From NCBI GenBank assembly GCA_013265495.1, contig MU061579.1:1083159-1147158 (forward strand): a DNA stretch of 64,000 nt, given 5' to 3'. Below the pieces are notes generated by a model. The model had not been told where the DNA came from, searched no databases, and was given only the letters and a program-made list of their open reading frames with translations. Within the stretch, counting starts at the first letter, position 1; each line of letters begins with the position of its first letter. The translations under genes were made by a program, and so were the position numbers. This document shows, in pieces, positions 1-13,364 of the stretch. This stretch comes from Vicugna vicugna. Its lineage: Eukaryota.

Positions 1-255
1 ATTGATACATGTCATAATACATTTGTTCAGACCCATTGAATGTGCAGCACCAAGAGTGAATCCTTAAGTAAACTATAGGTTTAGGATGATTATGATGTGT
101 AAATGTAGGTTCATCCCTGGTAAAAATGTACAATTTTTGGTGAGTAATGTTGATGATCAGGGAGGCTATGCGTGTATGAAGGTGAGGGTATATAGGAAAT
201 CCATGTACCTTTCTCTGAATTTTATTGTAAACTTAAAATGATGGTAAAAACTCAG
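1..255 (+). mobile_element. Old L1 3' UTR end (L1MC1/L1MC2-like), cut by the window edge
   Basis: gatacatgtcat..acatttgttcagacccattgaatgtgcagcaccaagagtgaatcc..aaactat..tgtaggttcatc matches the L1MC 3' terminus as recalled. A second copy is at ~15120-15370. Confidence 0.85.
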
Positions 256-689
256 TCAGTATCTGGAAATTCAAAATAATATATTGGCCAATTTATTTTG
301 CTACAACCATTTTTTATTCCTTTGTTCCAACTTTAAAATAAATAGTAAATCTGATCAAAGAAGTGAAAGACTTATACAGAGAACTACAAAACATTGACTA
401 AGGAAATTAAAGATGACTTAAATAAATTGAAAGATATACTATGACCTTGGATTGGAAGAATTAATATTGTTAAAATGGCCACACTACCCAAAATAATCTA
501 CAGATTTAATGTGATCCCTATCAAATTACCCAGGGCACTTTTCACAGGACTAGAAGAAGTAATCCTAAAATTTATATGAAATCACAAAGACTCAGAATTG
601 CCAAAACAATGCTGAAGAAAAAGAAGAAAGCTAGAGGAATAACGCTTCCAGACTTCAGATCATACTACAGAGCGACAGTAATCAAACAA

Positions 690-908
690 ACAAAAATACT
701 ATAGAGCTAGAGTAAACAGATAAAAAAATGATTTAAAAACTCAATTGTCTTCTGTATAGCACAGAGAACCATATTTAATATCTTGAAATAAACTGTAATG
801 AAAAAGAATATGAAAATGAATATATGTATGTATATGCATGACTGGGACATTTTGCTGTACACCAGAAACTGACACATTGTACTTGACTATACTTCAATCA
901 AAAAAAAA
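690..908 (+). mobile_element. Short L1 3'-terminal fragment inserted inside ORF2 of the L1 above
   Basis: The host ORF2 sequence acagtaatcaaa|..|gcatggtattgg is split by an L1 3' UTR end (ctgtatagcacagagaac..gactatacttcaat) that finishes in an A run. Confidence 0.85.
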
Positions 909-1917
909 GCATGGTATTGGTACAAGACAGACGTATGGATCAATGGAACAGAATAGAGAGCCCAGAAATAAGCTCACAGACTCTTTGTCAATTAATGTTT
1001 GACAAAGGAAGCAAGAATATACAATGAGAAAAAGACAGAGTCTTCAGCAAATGGTGCTGGGAAAATTGAACAACTGCATGTAAATCAATGTAGTTAGAAC
1101 ACTCCCCAACACCATACACAAAAGTAAACTCAAAGTGGCTTAGGACTTAAACATAAGACAAGGCACTATAAACCTTCTAGAAGAAAACATAGACAAAACA
1201 GTCTGACATAAGTCTTAGCAATGTTTTCTTAGTTGAATCTACTCAGGCAATAGAACAAAAGTAAAAATAAACAAATGGGATCTAGTTAAACTTGTAAGAT
1301 TTTGCACAGCAAAGGAAACCTTAATCAAAACAGAAAGACAACCTATAGAATGGAAGAAAATGTTTGCAAAAGATAAGACTGACAAGGGCTTAATTTCCAG
1401 AATATATAAACAGCTCGTACAACACAATAAGAAAAAAAAAAACAAACAACCCAATCCAAAAATGGACAGAAGAGATGTAAACAATCAATTGTCCAATGAA
1501 GACATATAAATGGCCAATAGGCACATGAAAAAATGCTCACTATCACTAATTATCAGAGAAATGCAAATCAAAACTACAATGAGATATCACCTCACACCAG
1601 TCAGAATGGCCATCATTCAAAAGGCCACAAATGATAAATGCTGGAGAGGGTGTGGATAAAAGGGAACACTTCTACACTGCTGGTGGGAATGTAGTTTGGT
1701 GCAGGCATTATGGAAAATAGTATGGAGATTCCACAAAAGACTAAAATTAAACTTACCATATGATCCTGAAGTCCTACTCCTGGGCATATATTTGGAGGGA
1801 ACTTTAATTCAAAAAGATACATGCACCCCAATATTCATAGCAGCACTATTTACAATAGCCAAGACATGGTCACAATGTAAAGGTTCATTGACAGATGACT
1901 GGATAAAGAAGTTGTGG

Positions 1918-1920
<3 letters not shown>

Positions 1921-1954
<34 letters not shown>
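1921..1954 (+). repeat. (AC)17 microsatellite inside L1
   Basis: Directly visible in the sequence. Confidence 0.98.
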
Positions 1955-1959
<5 letters not shown>

Positions 1960-2566
1960 AGAATACTACTCAGCCATAAAAAATAATTTAAAAATGCTAT
2001 TTGCAGGATCATGGATGGACCTGGAGATTGTCATTGTAAGTGAAGTAAGCCAGAAAGAGAAAGAAAAATGCCATGTATCACTTATATATGGATCAAAAAA
2101 AAAAAAGGCAAATGAACTAATTCACAAAACAGAAACAGACTCACAGACATAGAAAACAAACTTATGATTACCAGAGAGGAAGAGGGTGGAAAGGGATAAA
2201 TTGGCAGTTTGAGATTCTGCTTTGAATACTGACTACTATATATAAAATAGATAAACAACAAGTTTATACTGTATAGCACAGGGAACTATATTCAATATCT
2301 TGTCATAACCTATAATGAAAAAGAATATGAAACAAATGTATTGTTTGTATATGTACAACTGAACTATTACTCTGTACACCAGAAATTGACACAACATTGT
2401 AAACTGAATATACTCCTATAAAAAAAACAAAAATAATAAAGTAAATGATGTCAAGCACATAGCACTGTCTTCTCCATCAACTTTAAACAATGTGGCTCAG
2501 ACCATCTCTCTGAAGTACAGTGTAATGTGGTAAGTAGACCTACTATCAAGCACTCATTGTCAGTGT

Positions 2567-2875
2567 TATGGTAGGCATAATAACGGTTCCCTAGAGATGT
2601 CCACAGCCAAATTCCTGAAGGGTATGATTATGTTACCTTACATGGCAAAGGGGAATTAAGTTTGCAGATAGAATTAAAGTTGATGAGCACCTGACTTAAA
2701 GCTGGGATATTATCCTGGATTCTGTAGGTATGCCCAGTAAGGTCAGAGTGATGTGATATGAGACGACTCAGTCTGCTGGCGCTGGCCTTGAAGAAAGAAA
2801 GGGAGTCAAGAGCCAAGGAATACAGATGGTTTCTCGAAACAGGAAAGGACAACACAACAGCTTCTCCTGGAACTC
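2567..2875 (+). mobile_element. MaLR LTR 5' part (MLT1D-like)
   Basis: tatgttaccttacatggcaaaggggaattaagtttgcagat..gattatcctggat. Homologous copies are at 7246, 29622 and 57600. Confidence 0.85.
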
Positions 2876-2879
2876 ATGG

Positions 2880-3265
2880 ATAAGCAGGAAGAATGGCACA
2901 GCAGAAGAGACAGAGCAGGGAAGCCCTGAGCTTCTGCCACATACCTTGCCTTGTGCATCTCTTCCATCTGGCTTTTCCTGAGTTATATTATTTTATAATA
3001 AACTGGTAATCTAGTAATTAAATGGTTTCTCTGAGTTCTGTGAGCTAGTCTAGAAAATTAATTGAACCTGAGAAGGGTTTGTGGGAATCTATGATTTTAT
3101 AGGCATTTGGTCAGAAGCACAGGTGAGAAACTGGGCTTAAAATTGGTGTATGAAGTGGGAGTAATCTTGTGGAAATGAACCCTTAACCTGTGGGATCTGA
3201 TACTATCTTAAGGAAGACAGTATCAGAATTGAGTTAATTGCTTGATGGCTTTGGGAAAAACACAT
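2880..3265 (+). mobile_element. ERVL-class LTR 3' part (MER21-like)
   Basis: aataaactggtaa..gagttctgtgagct..tgaagtggg..cttgtgg..cttaacctgtgggatctgat. Homologous to 11300-11560. Confidence 0.8.
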
Positions 3266-3474
3266 GTCAGAGCAGGAAAAAATAAGAGAACAAACAATTT
3301 GAAGCTAAAGCACTATTGGAGATCAGATGGAGATCAATTTGAAGCAACGCTGTTAGAAGAAATACTTGCAATTAAAGAAATATAAGTTGATACACAGATT
3401 TTGGATATAAACCCATGTTTTCAGCATTTTTTGCTAAGAAAGCTGTGCTTTTAAATTTCTGTTCAATATGTTAC

Positions 3475-3594
3475 CTGGTACCCAGAACACTCCATCCAGA
3501 AAGGAATCTGGAGACCTGCGGTGGATAGTGATAATGCATTTTGAAAGAACATTAAATTCTTTATAGTTTAAAATTAATTGGAGTATTTTCTTTT
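3475..3594 (-). CDS. Candidate internal coding exon (120 nt, phase 1-1) of an unidentified minus-strand gene
   Basis: Minus strand reads ttactcttttaaatag|AAAAG...GTACCAG|gtaaca. Only one frame is open: xKKILQLILNYKEFNVLSKCIITIHRRSPDSFLDGVFWVPx. The sequence is non-repetitive, and its 3' half is more GC-rich than the flanks. I did not recognise the protein. Confidence 0.45.
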
Positions 3595-6549
3595 CTATTT
3601 AAAAGAGTAATAAAGATTTGAGAAAACCAGAAAATAGTTTAAAAATTTCAGCAAAATATTTCACTGCCTTCAGCCAAAACCTGCACAAAAAAAGGAATAT
3701 TCTACTTTGTATTTTTGTGACTGATCATCCTATTTCTACGATTTACATGTTCACAATTATATGATTCCAAAACATGGTGGTAAAACTCATGAAAGCACTC
3801 TAAACATTTACTACAATTTCAAAAACCTACAGTGATGGTAGAGGTTGCCTTTAACCAAACAAATATCTGCTCAAATTCCCATTGTCATTCAACTCTTAAA
3901 TTATATTTTATTTAACATACTGTCTTTGCATATTATTATATTATTGTTATAATTATGGTTATTTGTAGTTGTAGTTTTATTTTCCCAGTAGTGCCTTTTG
4001 CAATTCTTGTGTCATACTGAAAGAAAATATTTATTATTTTGTGTACCACGTTTTGACAAAATTTAATAAATATTTTGATAATTAAAAATGCTTTTGCTAA
4101 TTTCAAGTTTTATTCTAGAGCAATTAAACTTCCTGTAGGACTAATTTTTTCTTACTAACATATATATTATTTGCTGCCAGCATTTTTAAGATTCAAAATG
4201 ATCTATCATCTCTCTTTTCACTTACTCAATAGTTCATCACTTTAGGCTGGGCATCATTTATTTATAGAAGAGAAAATCATATCCTGAGGCACTATATCAC
4301 AAGAAGCTTTAAAGATTAAATGACAAAAATGGTAAGAACAAGAGGAGATATGAAAATAAAACTACTGAAAGAGAATTTTCATTATATGAATGTATTAAAC
4401 TGTCATGTTTGCAAGCCTCTTTGATGTTCACTACCACTTACCAACCACATTATCTATATGAAAATTTTATTCATAGTGACTGACTCAACTAAATGACTAG
4501 TTTTAAACATGTGTCTTGTATGAAATTTTAAAGAAAAAATTTTCACTATACTTTTTGATAATCAAGCATAAATCCTTTAAAAAGAGAAGAACACAGAATC
4601 TCCTCTATTACATCAGCTGTGTGTGCATATGTGTGTGTGTGTATTCATAACAGTAGCCTACTTGATATGGAAAACATTCCTTCCTGTGTCCAGAGCAGTT
4701 CTCTTTGGGTGAAATACAAAATCAATATGCCTTATCTAAAATAATCTGAAAACAAACTTTTAGGAAGTCAGTGAAAGAACAAACGGAGGAGAATTTAGAG
4801 CCAGATAGGACTGAATAACTATCACAGTAGTCATTCACTCAATGAACTTCTGAAATTTATTGCAATCTCTGTTTTCTATCTGTGCAAATTTCCTACATTA
4901 AATAAACATAATTTGACTGTTCTATATGCTTGGGATATAGGAGAAAAAATAAAGATTTTTCCTCATAGTTTTGTATCCTAGTTGTGGGGAAAATTTGATA
5001 GGTAGGTAGGTAGATAACTAAATAAAAAGATGGGCATATATAGATAATTTTTCCCACAAAGTAAATAAAATGTGAATAGAGAAGTAATGGTCAGAGAGGT
5101 CAAGTGAAATCTCTTCAAGGAGATTTGAAGGCCAGAAAAGTGAGCACCAAGTAGGCACACAAAACTCTGGAAAATGAGCCTTTAGGATGAAAGAAGCAGG
5201 GAGGAAAACTTCTAAGAAAAGAATGTACTTGCTGTGGTCTTTGGGGAGAAAGGGAAAAAAATGACAGTTGAGCCAAAGACACATTCAGAACATACATTTA
5301 ATCTCAAATGTGATTTGAGAATTATTAACAGAGACATCCTAATTATAAATGTATACAAGAATCTGGAAGTACTGATTTTCTGTAAGTGTTAGACTTTCAT
5401 TCTTCAAGAACCAATGTTGAAAGGCTTTGCCCAGGCAGGCTGGAATTATAAAAAGAACGTCATATGCATCAAAGGCAAACAAACTTGGGCTTGACTCTTT
5501 TCTGATACCTAATAAGTATATGATCTTTGGCTTAAAAGGATTAAAAGCCACTTTAAGCAATTTCCATATTTCTTTAAACACACTTTCAATCTCATTTGCC
5601 TCTATAAGTAGTATATATTCCTATCTATGTGATGTAAAGAAGGTTATGCATAAAATATAACAGGAATATTAAGTATGCAAATAAATGTAAATATTGAACA
5701 CTAACAAAATATTAATATAGTATGATAAGAAGCATTATAAAAATGTAATCATAATACAATTATCCTAAACTTCATTTAGGAGATTTCTAAAGGCAGAGAC
5801 ATGTGGGCAAATCTTATACACAAAATTAAATAAAACTTTGGTTTTCTATACTCCCTTTGTTTAGAAGAACTTAGAAAAATCAGGAATCAGGTTATTCTCT
5901 TAAAAATAGTTCTAATCTTATGAATTTTATGAAGATATTTAGTTATCTTAATTTGCATTTTTCTCACCTACCCAAATTAATTTCACAATCGACTTATACT
6001 GTGCATTATATTAACAAGTTTTGTACACAGATATTTGTGTGATGTGAATATTATTGACCTCATAATATCAGCCTGCAGTAGCACGAAACTAATTAAAATA
6101 AATGGAAGTAGAAAAAAATCTGATGTTTTTAATGACCACGTGGAAATTTTTAAGCCTCTGTAACCTTATTTGTCTCTTAAATAGCTGTGATATTTAACAT
6201 CATCTTGTAGGTTCATATTTTTTAATGTGATGTTCTAGCTATAAATTTCCATAAAAAACTATATCAAAGAATTTAAATATTCAACAATAGGTGGACATAA
6301 TTTCTTTTCCATATAAATATGAGTGTTGACTATAGTTAGACTGTAACTTTTCTACCATTGGGAGAAATGTGGGATAGATACATTTTGTCTCATGCTTTAG
6401 GGTCATTTAATAAATGGAGGGGACTGAATGATACTGTAGATCTGAAATTTGAGTTGTTTGCAATAATTGCAGAGACTTTGGATCTGTCCTCTTGGGGAGG
6501 AGGTGCATATATTCCACTTCTGAAAAGAATAGAGAATCCAACCTACAAG

Positions 6550-6955
6550 AGAAGACCATAGCTAAATCCAGCGACATGCTCCCCAATCCCATTTTCTCCT
6601 GCAGGGTCTACGAGATGACTATTTTACCTAGCATTTCTTGTCGCTAGTTGTGATCACACTACTAAGCTGTGCCAACGGAATGTACCCAGAATTATGTGTG
6701 TCACTTCCAAGCGCGGCCCTGAAAATCAGTCATGAGATCGGCCATGCTTTCTTTCTCTCCCATCACCAATAGCTGGAACTGAAAACTCCCTGATGATGGA
6801 GTCACAGAATGGAAAAGGCCTGGATCGTTGAATGACAACTTGGAGAGGAATAGGCAGGATGGTTATCCAATCTGTACTCAATTTGCAAGCATAAGACATT
6901 GACTTTAACATTTAAATCTGTAATATTTTGGGGCATATTTGTGACAGCATCTTTC
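6550..6955 (+). mobile_element. Old MaLR LTR (MLT1J-like)
   Basis: gaattatgtgtgtcacttcc..gatgatggagtcacagaatggaaaaggcctggatcgttgaatgac..ttttggggcatatttgtgacagca. Confidence 0.7.
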
Positions 6956-7245
6956 TCAATAGTTGAAAGAAAGGTAGAATTCTAGCTTTCGAGAAGGAGG
7001 GTACTGTGCATATATTTTTCATTTTTGTATCCAGAATGTCTTCCAAAATTCCTGACTCACAGTGGGTGATCAATCATTTTGTGACTGACAGAATGTATAG
7101 ATGAATGTCTTGAAAAGGTACATTTGATTAAATAAATGTCACCCCAGCACAATCTGGGTTTGTTTCAGATTTAGGTTCAGATATAAGCTAATTTATTCTT
7201 TGTAAACAAACCAATGACATTAAAATAAAACACATAAAGATTTGG

Positions 7246-7731
7246 TATTAGTGTCCTATTGCTGTAACAATTTGCTGTAACAAATTACCATACACTTAGT
7301 GATGACACACAGATTTATTGTTTTACAGAGTTATAGGTCGGAAGTCTCACTGGCCTAAAATCAAGGTGCCAACAGGGCTGAGTTCTTTCCAGAGGCTCTT
7401 GAGAAAATCTGTTTCTTTGCCCTTTCAAGCTTCCAGAGGCTGCCGATATTCCTTGGCTTATGGCTCCCTTCCTTTACCTTCAATGTTCCCAACAGAAGAT
7501 TCAGTTCTTACATCATGTTAATCTGACCTCCTCTTCTACTTTTCTTTTCGAATTTTAAGGATCCTTGGGCTACACTGGGCCCGGTTACATAGTCCAAAAT
7601 ATTCTCCTTACTTTAAGGTCAGCTGATTAGCAAATTTAATTCTATCTGTAAATTTAATTCTCCTTTGCCACTCTAGGTAACTTATTCACAAATCAGAAAC
7701 ATCATTAAAAGGCCATTATCCTCTCTACCAC
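7246..7731 (-). mobile_element. Solo MaLR LTR (MLT1D-like), near complete
   Basis: gtattagtgtcctattgctgtaacaaattacca..aaaatcaaggtg..ttaaggtcagctgattagcaa..ggccattatcctctctaccaca. Confidence 0.9.
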
Positions 7732-8644
7732 AGTTCTTTTATATATAAGTAACAGTTTATTATATTTAATGAAATTTGTAAAATGCTGCAATCAAGAATT
7801 TTCATCGGAAGCCACAGATTTCTACAGGACACATCAATCTAATTTTATTGTTTTCCATTCTTGCATAGACTGAAACAGTTAAGGAGGTAAAAAAATGGAA
7901 GTTCTGCTTCAAATTCATTTGAACATATTTGGAGTCACCCAGTTATAAAGGATCAGTGGAGTTAGTGAATTTTCCATCTGTTCTTACTTAATCAACTACA
8001 TATTTATGCCCTTGAAACAGCTGAAATAGTCTCTTGCTGGAGGCTGCAATGTACCTTTGTAATGCAGGAGAAGATTTTGAGATATTTTTAGTTCCTCTTG
8101 AATGGTCTAAAAGTGTCTGGAGTGACATGAGATTTCACCTTCATCCTTGTTCACTCAGAAAACTGTCTAGCTTGGGGCAAATGGGATATATTCCTTCACA
8201 TTGCTAACACTGTCGAAGAGTCAAATGATGAAGGGTCCTACAGATTCTGTTCTTCAATTCTCCAAATCCCATGCTTATATCGTGGCTTTTTTTTTTTCCA
8301 CCAGAGAAAGATCAGTCTCATAAAACAAAACCACCTCAGATTTCCTAGTCACTAGCACTTCCTGATACGGGACATTTGATTTTGCAAGCTGAAATCTATC
8401 CCATTTTCTATTTCTCCTTTTCATCACTTTTTTTCAATTCCTCATATTAACAAAGAAAACAAAACAAAACAAAACAAAAACAACTAATATTTGGTTATTT
8501 ATCCATTGGTAAGTTAAAACTTTCAAAAAAAAAAGTTTAAGTTTGAGTTTGAGTATTCCTGGGAACTCTCATTTTCTCTCCTTTGAACACGACTAATTTA
8601 AGTTCCAATTACCTAACATTTATAATATTTGGCATCATTTTTTT

Positions 8645-8676
8645 TGATCATGATCATGATCATGATCATTTGATCA
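8645..8676. repeat. (TGATCA)n self-complementary hexamer repeat
   Basis: tgatca x4, then tt, then tgatca. Confidence 0.9.
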
Positions 8677-9899
8677 CCTCTTTGAGTGCTATTGCTAAGA
8701 CCACTGAATTTAAGGCTATATCAATAATGCCACCTGAAGACTGAGTTTTTATCTCATCTTCTTAAGACAGTCAATGTTATCCTGATTGACACTCAAGGTC
8801 TAAAGGAATAACAGAGGAGTAAACCACTTGAAAGTGAAATACGAGTCAAAAATAAACTGAACACAGCTTCCAGAGAGCTTTGAGACAGAAATTCTGCAAA
8901 GGACAAACAACCTCCAAAAGAGTGAGCACTGAAATAATGAGAATGGGAAAGTGTCATCTGACTATTAGCTGAAGTCTCCTCCTTCAAGGAAAGCAGGTTT
9001 CTAAGGTCAAGTCTAGAGAGAAACAACATTTGAGCTCACTAGCCAGATTCTCCATTGGAAAGCCGATTGTTGGCAGAAAAGTGGGGAGAATATAAAAGAA
9101 TCAGTGCCAAGGGCTAGGAATAAATGTCACTTAGAAAAATGATCAGGAAATATGGAAGGGCTACAGAAAAGACAATTTAGAATTCCTGTCAGAGATTAAG
9201 TTCTGCTGATGAAATTTTGAGCTCCACCATATTTTGCAATACCGGAGTGGACTTTCTGTGTTTCTTTAAGTTGACAGTCCCAAGCCATTTGTATATCCTT
9301 TTGGTTTCTTCATGTTATCCTCCACAGAAAAGTAAACAGGGTCTTAATCCCATGATTTACAAAGCAAATCAGAAGATAGCACTTAGGCTCACAAAGACTT
9401 GTTTGGTTAGTCATTTGAGAGCTATTTGCATTAATGTGGACATCTGACACTGTCAAATTCAGCCTGCTTTAGTCTATCTTTAGATATATTCTTATTAGAA
9501 GGGTTACTCTGGGAGATAATGTCAGAAAGAAAAAAAATTATTATTTTTCTCTCACAATTTTTTTTTTGCATTATTAAGAAGAGGAATGCTAAGCTTGGCT
9601 ATCTACTCACAAAAATTGAACTTCTAACTGGCAAATTGTCTATAACAGAACTCAACCTTAGAAGGGAAAAAATATAAACAGAAATTTTATTTTTAAATCT
9701 CTAAAAAATACTAATCTTTGCTATCTTTTTCAGTGATCTCTGGTCTCAGGAACAATTTATTTCAAAGCCTCTATAAAAAATTCTTTGAGTCTTTTCTTAT
9801 GGGATATACTTCCAAACTGAGATCAAAATATCACTCTTTACTTTTTTTATTATTGTTGTTTCACACATTATAGAGAAGGTAGATGGAAATAACATGCTT

Positions 9900-10098
9900 T
9901 GAGACTCGACCGTGTAAGAAGCATATTGGTGGTTATTATAATTAATCCTCACAATCGCCCAGTGATACTGTATATTGCTATACCTATTTTAAAGATAAAG
10001 AAACGTACCGAGAAATTAAATGTTGTGTTGAAGAGTGTGAGTGAAGATGGAAACCAGGTCAACTTGATTTTAAAATTATGCTCTTTTTAAACACTGCA
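9900..10098 (-). mobile_element. MIR SINE
   Basis: ttaatcctcacaatcgccc..cctattttaaagataaagaaac..gagaaattaaat is the MIR core in reverse orientation. Confidence 0.7.
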
Positions 10099-10469
10099 CT
10101 TCTCTTCTTGAAAAACCATGTTTCTCTCACCTACACTTTACCCGTCTGTTTATTGTTCTCCCCTGCATATCCTCCCTCAGAAATGGAAAGAGTATCCAAG
10201 GAAAGCAGCATTTTGGCTATCCCACTGACTTCAAAAGATAAATAATTTGTATTTCTATTTACCAGAATTCCTACGTGATTAACATTAGTCATTAGTGGAG
10301 ACATATTTCTTTTGTTATTCTTGGCTTAATATTTCTTTAAAATTTTGAAAATATAATATGTTTCATATCCATTATATACATATATACACATATATATGTG
10401 TAGGTATACATATATATGTATATATGTTCTCTATATGTTCTCTAAATATATAAATGATACATATATTAT

Positions 10470-13110
10470 GGAAGTTTATTTATATAGCATCATATATTAT
10501 ATATGTAACATATACAGTTCAGAACAATAATGAAAGTAAGATCTATGCACTAAACTCTCCAATTAAGGAATAGAATATTATTAGTGTCTTGGAGGAACTC
10601 TTTGAACCAGTCCCAGATACATTAACTCCCTTCATAGGAAGCTGTCATTTTTTTTCTTTACAGTTTGATCATGCATATAAGCATACCGCAACAGACATAA
10701 GGTTCAATGGCAGACAATTTAGTTTTATATAAATTAAGTCATGTTATATTAATTTCTCTGAAACTCTCTTTTCCTTCAAAATTTTATTGGTGACATTCAT
10801 TATGTTTATCAGTATGTATGATATTATGATTTATAAGGAGAAATACAGATTTGGTCTTCTATCTGGTTTCCAGCACAGAGGTCCTAAAACACTTGGAATT
10901 TTATAAGTGATGAGAGCAGGGATAAAGTTGTCTTTTGTTACATTAATGAGCTGACTTTTGGAAATCCCCTGAAGTTGGGAGACTGCTTGCCAAGGGAACC
11001 AACTATAGTTAGAGGATTGAAAATCTTAGTCCTTACCTCTCAACTTCTGGGAAAGGCAGAGACTGGAGGTTGAATCAGTTAATAATGGGTAATGATTTAA
11101 TCAGTCGTAATCAATCACGCCTCTGTAATGGAACCTCCATAAAAATCTAAAAGGAGTGGGATGGGAGAGCTTCCAGTTAGTGAACCAATCAAAATATATC
11201 CACCTGCTGGCCCCACACTTTTCAAGACAGAAGCTTCTGTGGTCAGGACCTCTCCCTACGTATTTATTCATCCGGTTGTTCACTCCTATCCTTTAATTTC
11301 CTTTGTAATAAACTGTAGTTTAGTAATTAATTTGGTTTCTTCAGTTCTGTGAGCTGCTCTAACAAATTAATGAACCCTTGAAAGGGGTTAAGGGAATCTT
11401 CAATCCGTAGATAGCTCGTCAAAAGCACATGCAACAACCTGGACTTGGTGTCTGAAGTGGGGGCAGTCTTGTGGGACTAAGCCTTTCACTTGAGGGACCT
11501 GATGCTATCTCTAAGTAGGCCATATCAAAATTGAATGGGAATGTGAGACACCCAACTGATGCGGAGGAGTTGCTTGGTGATGTGAAAAAAAAAAAGACAT
11601 CTCCTACATTCTACTGCCTTATAGTGATCCAGAATTTAGATGTAGGATGACTGACTTATCTAGTCTCCCATCTGTGGTTTATTACAGAACTTATTGTTCA
11701 GACAACACTGCTTCTGTTCTTACTCCTCGCCCTGGAGCATATAGGTAAGAGTTTCCCTAGGGTATATGTTCAAAGGTGAAATCACTGGCTATTAGATGAC
11801 ACACATATTCGATTTTGTTAATAATACTGAGTCTATTTTCTAAAATGGATATACCATTTTACCTTGTATCCAACAATGTGTAAGAATTTCCATCGCTTTA
11901 TCTACTTGTCAAAATTTGATATAGCCATTTTTTTCCAATCTGAAGATTTTTTAAGTATTATTTCATCATATTTTTAATTTGCATTTCCTTGATGATGAAT
12001 GAGTTGATCATACTTAAATCTGCCTGTTGACCAGCTTGCTTCTATGAATTTTCCGCTTCTATCTTTTGTCATTTTTCTATTGAGTTACCTATTTTTCTTA
12101 ATGATTTATAGTGATTCTTTTACACTATGAACATCACTATTACTTTTATTATGTATTTTTAAAATATCTTCTTTTAGTATCTCTTGATGAATAAAAGTGC
12201 TTAATTTTAATAAAATTGATTATATTATTTCCTTTAGGTTTTAAATTTTTTTAAATTCTTTAAGAATTTTTATTTATCCAAAAGTAAAAAAAAAAAAGTT
12301 AACTTACACTTTCTTAGAACATCTAACGTTTTGCATTTACAATAAATTTCTTCATCCATCTGAAATTGATTTTTTTATTTATTGTGTGAAGCAAGGATTT
12401 ATTTTTATTTGTACATGGATAATTACTTATCAGCACATATCTACACTATCACTCCTACGTAGATTATCATACACATATTTTCTGTGCCATATAATCAGTT
12501 TCCTAAAATGAAGTGCTGTTTCTAAGTTACCTCTTCTAAGTAATTCTGAACAATGTTCTGGAATATTAGCTTATTCTTGTCAGTGACACTTGATCAAAAC
12601 TTTTTGATTAATTTAGTGTTTATTAATGGAAAATTTCTTATTCTTCTCTCTCAATTGTGCGTTAGCTAATTTTGAATTCTCACCTGTTAATGTACATTGT
12701 AGCACTAACTTGTACATTTCCATTAAGAAAAATAATAGGGCTTTTAATTGAAACTTTACTCAAACTATAAATTGGGGGGTAATGAATATCTTTTAATATT
12801 AAATATTTCTGTCTTTGACCATTATATATCTCTAACTTTACACAAGACTTATTTAAAGTCTCAAAAACTTACAATTTTCTCACAATTGTCTTAAACATAT
12901 ATTATCAGGTTAATTCTAAGCACCATTCATTTGTACTTGCAATTGTTATTGGTATCTTAAGTGATGCTACTTAACTTTGTTGCTGATATTTTCCAAACAG
13001 TAATCATACCATAAAGAAATGAGAGTTTTATTTCTTCTTTTTAATCTATACACTTTCTGCCCTACTATGTTAATAAGGTCATCCAAGATGATGTTGAAAA
13101 AGTAGGAAAT
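10470..13110 (-). mobile_element. Ancient L1 (L1ME-like) 3' region, interrupted by a MER21-like LTR
   Basis: T-rich antisense L1 ORF2/3' UTR motifs (tttttaatttgcatttccttgatgatgaatgagttga; ccatctgaaattgatttttt) resume after 11600. Confidence 0.7.
10828..11600 (+). mobile_element. ERVL-class solo LTR (MER21-like), near full length
   Basis: tttggtctt..cagcacagaggtcctaaaacacttggaattt..aatcaatcacgcctctgtaatggaacctccataaaa..aataaac..tgaagtgggggcagtcttgtgggact. Confidence 0.85.
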
Positions 13111-13364
13111 TTGAGGCCAAGAGGAAAAAAAAAAGGAGAAAAAAAGACAGTAAAATGTATAGACACACATGTAAATAATATTAATACAATTTTGAATCTT
13201 GAAATTAAAACTTAAATATTATGAAATTTAGACATTGTTTTCAAAAATGTTAAAACAAAATCAATATAATATAAAATATGTGAAATTTTAATAACTGCTT
13301 TGCTAAAAATAATAGAGAAAAAAGATAATTGACAATAGTGTTAATGGGACATGAAATTTTTTAC

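Larger units (their letters stand above)
347..2430 (+). mobile_element. 5'-truncated cetartiodactyl L1: decayed ORF2 C-terminal part, 3' UTR and A-rich tail
   Basis: ORF 1696-1986 ([32 protein letters not shown]) is L1 ORF2p C-terminal sequence. The 3' UTR contains ctgtatagcacagggaactatattcaatatcttg and an A tail lies at ~2420-2430. Imperfect TSD: aaaataaatagtaaat (335-350) vs aaaataataaagtaaat (2430-2446), after a ttt/aaaa site. Confidence 0.95.

Noticed and set aside
5339..5660. Overlapping 80-aa and 77-aa ORFs in unique sequence
   Set aside because: Both have non-ATG starts, no matched acceptor/donor pair preserves a frame, and I recognise no protein.
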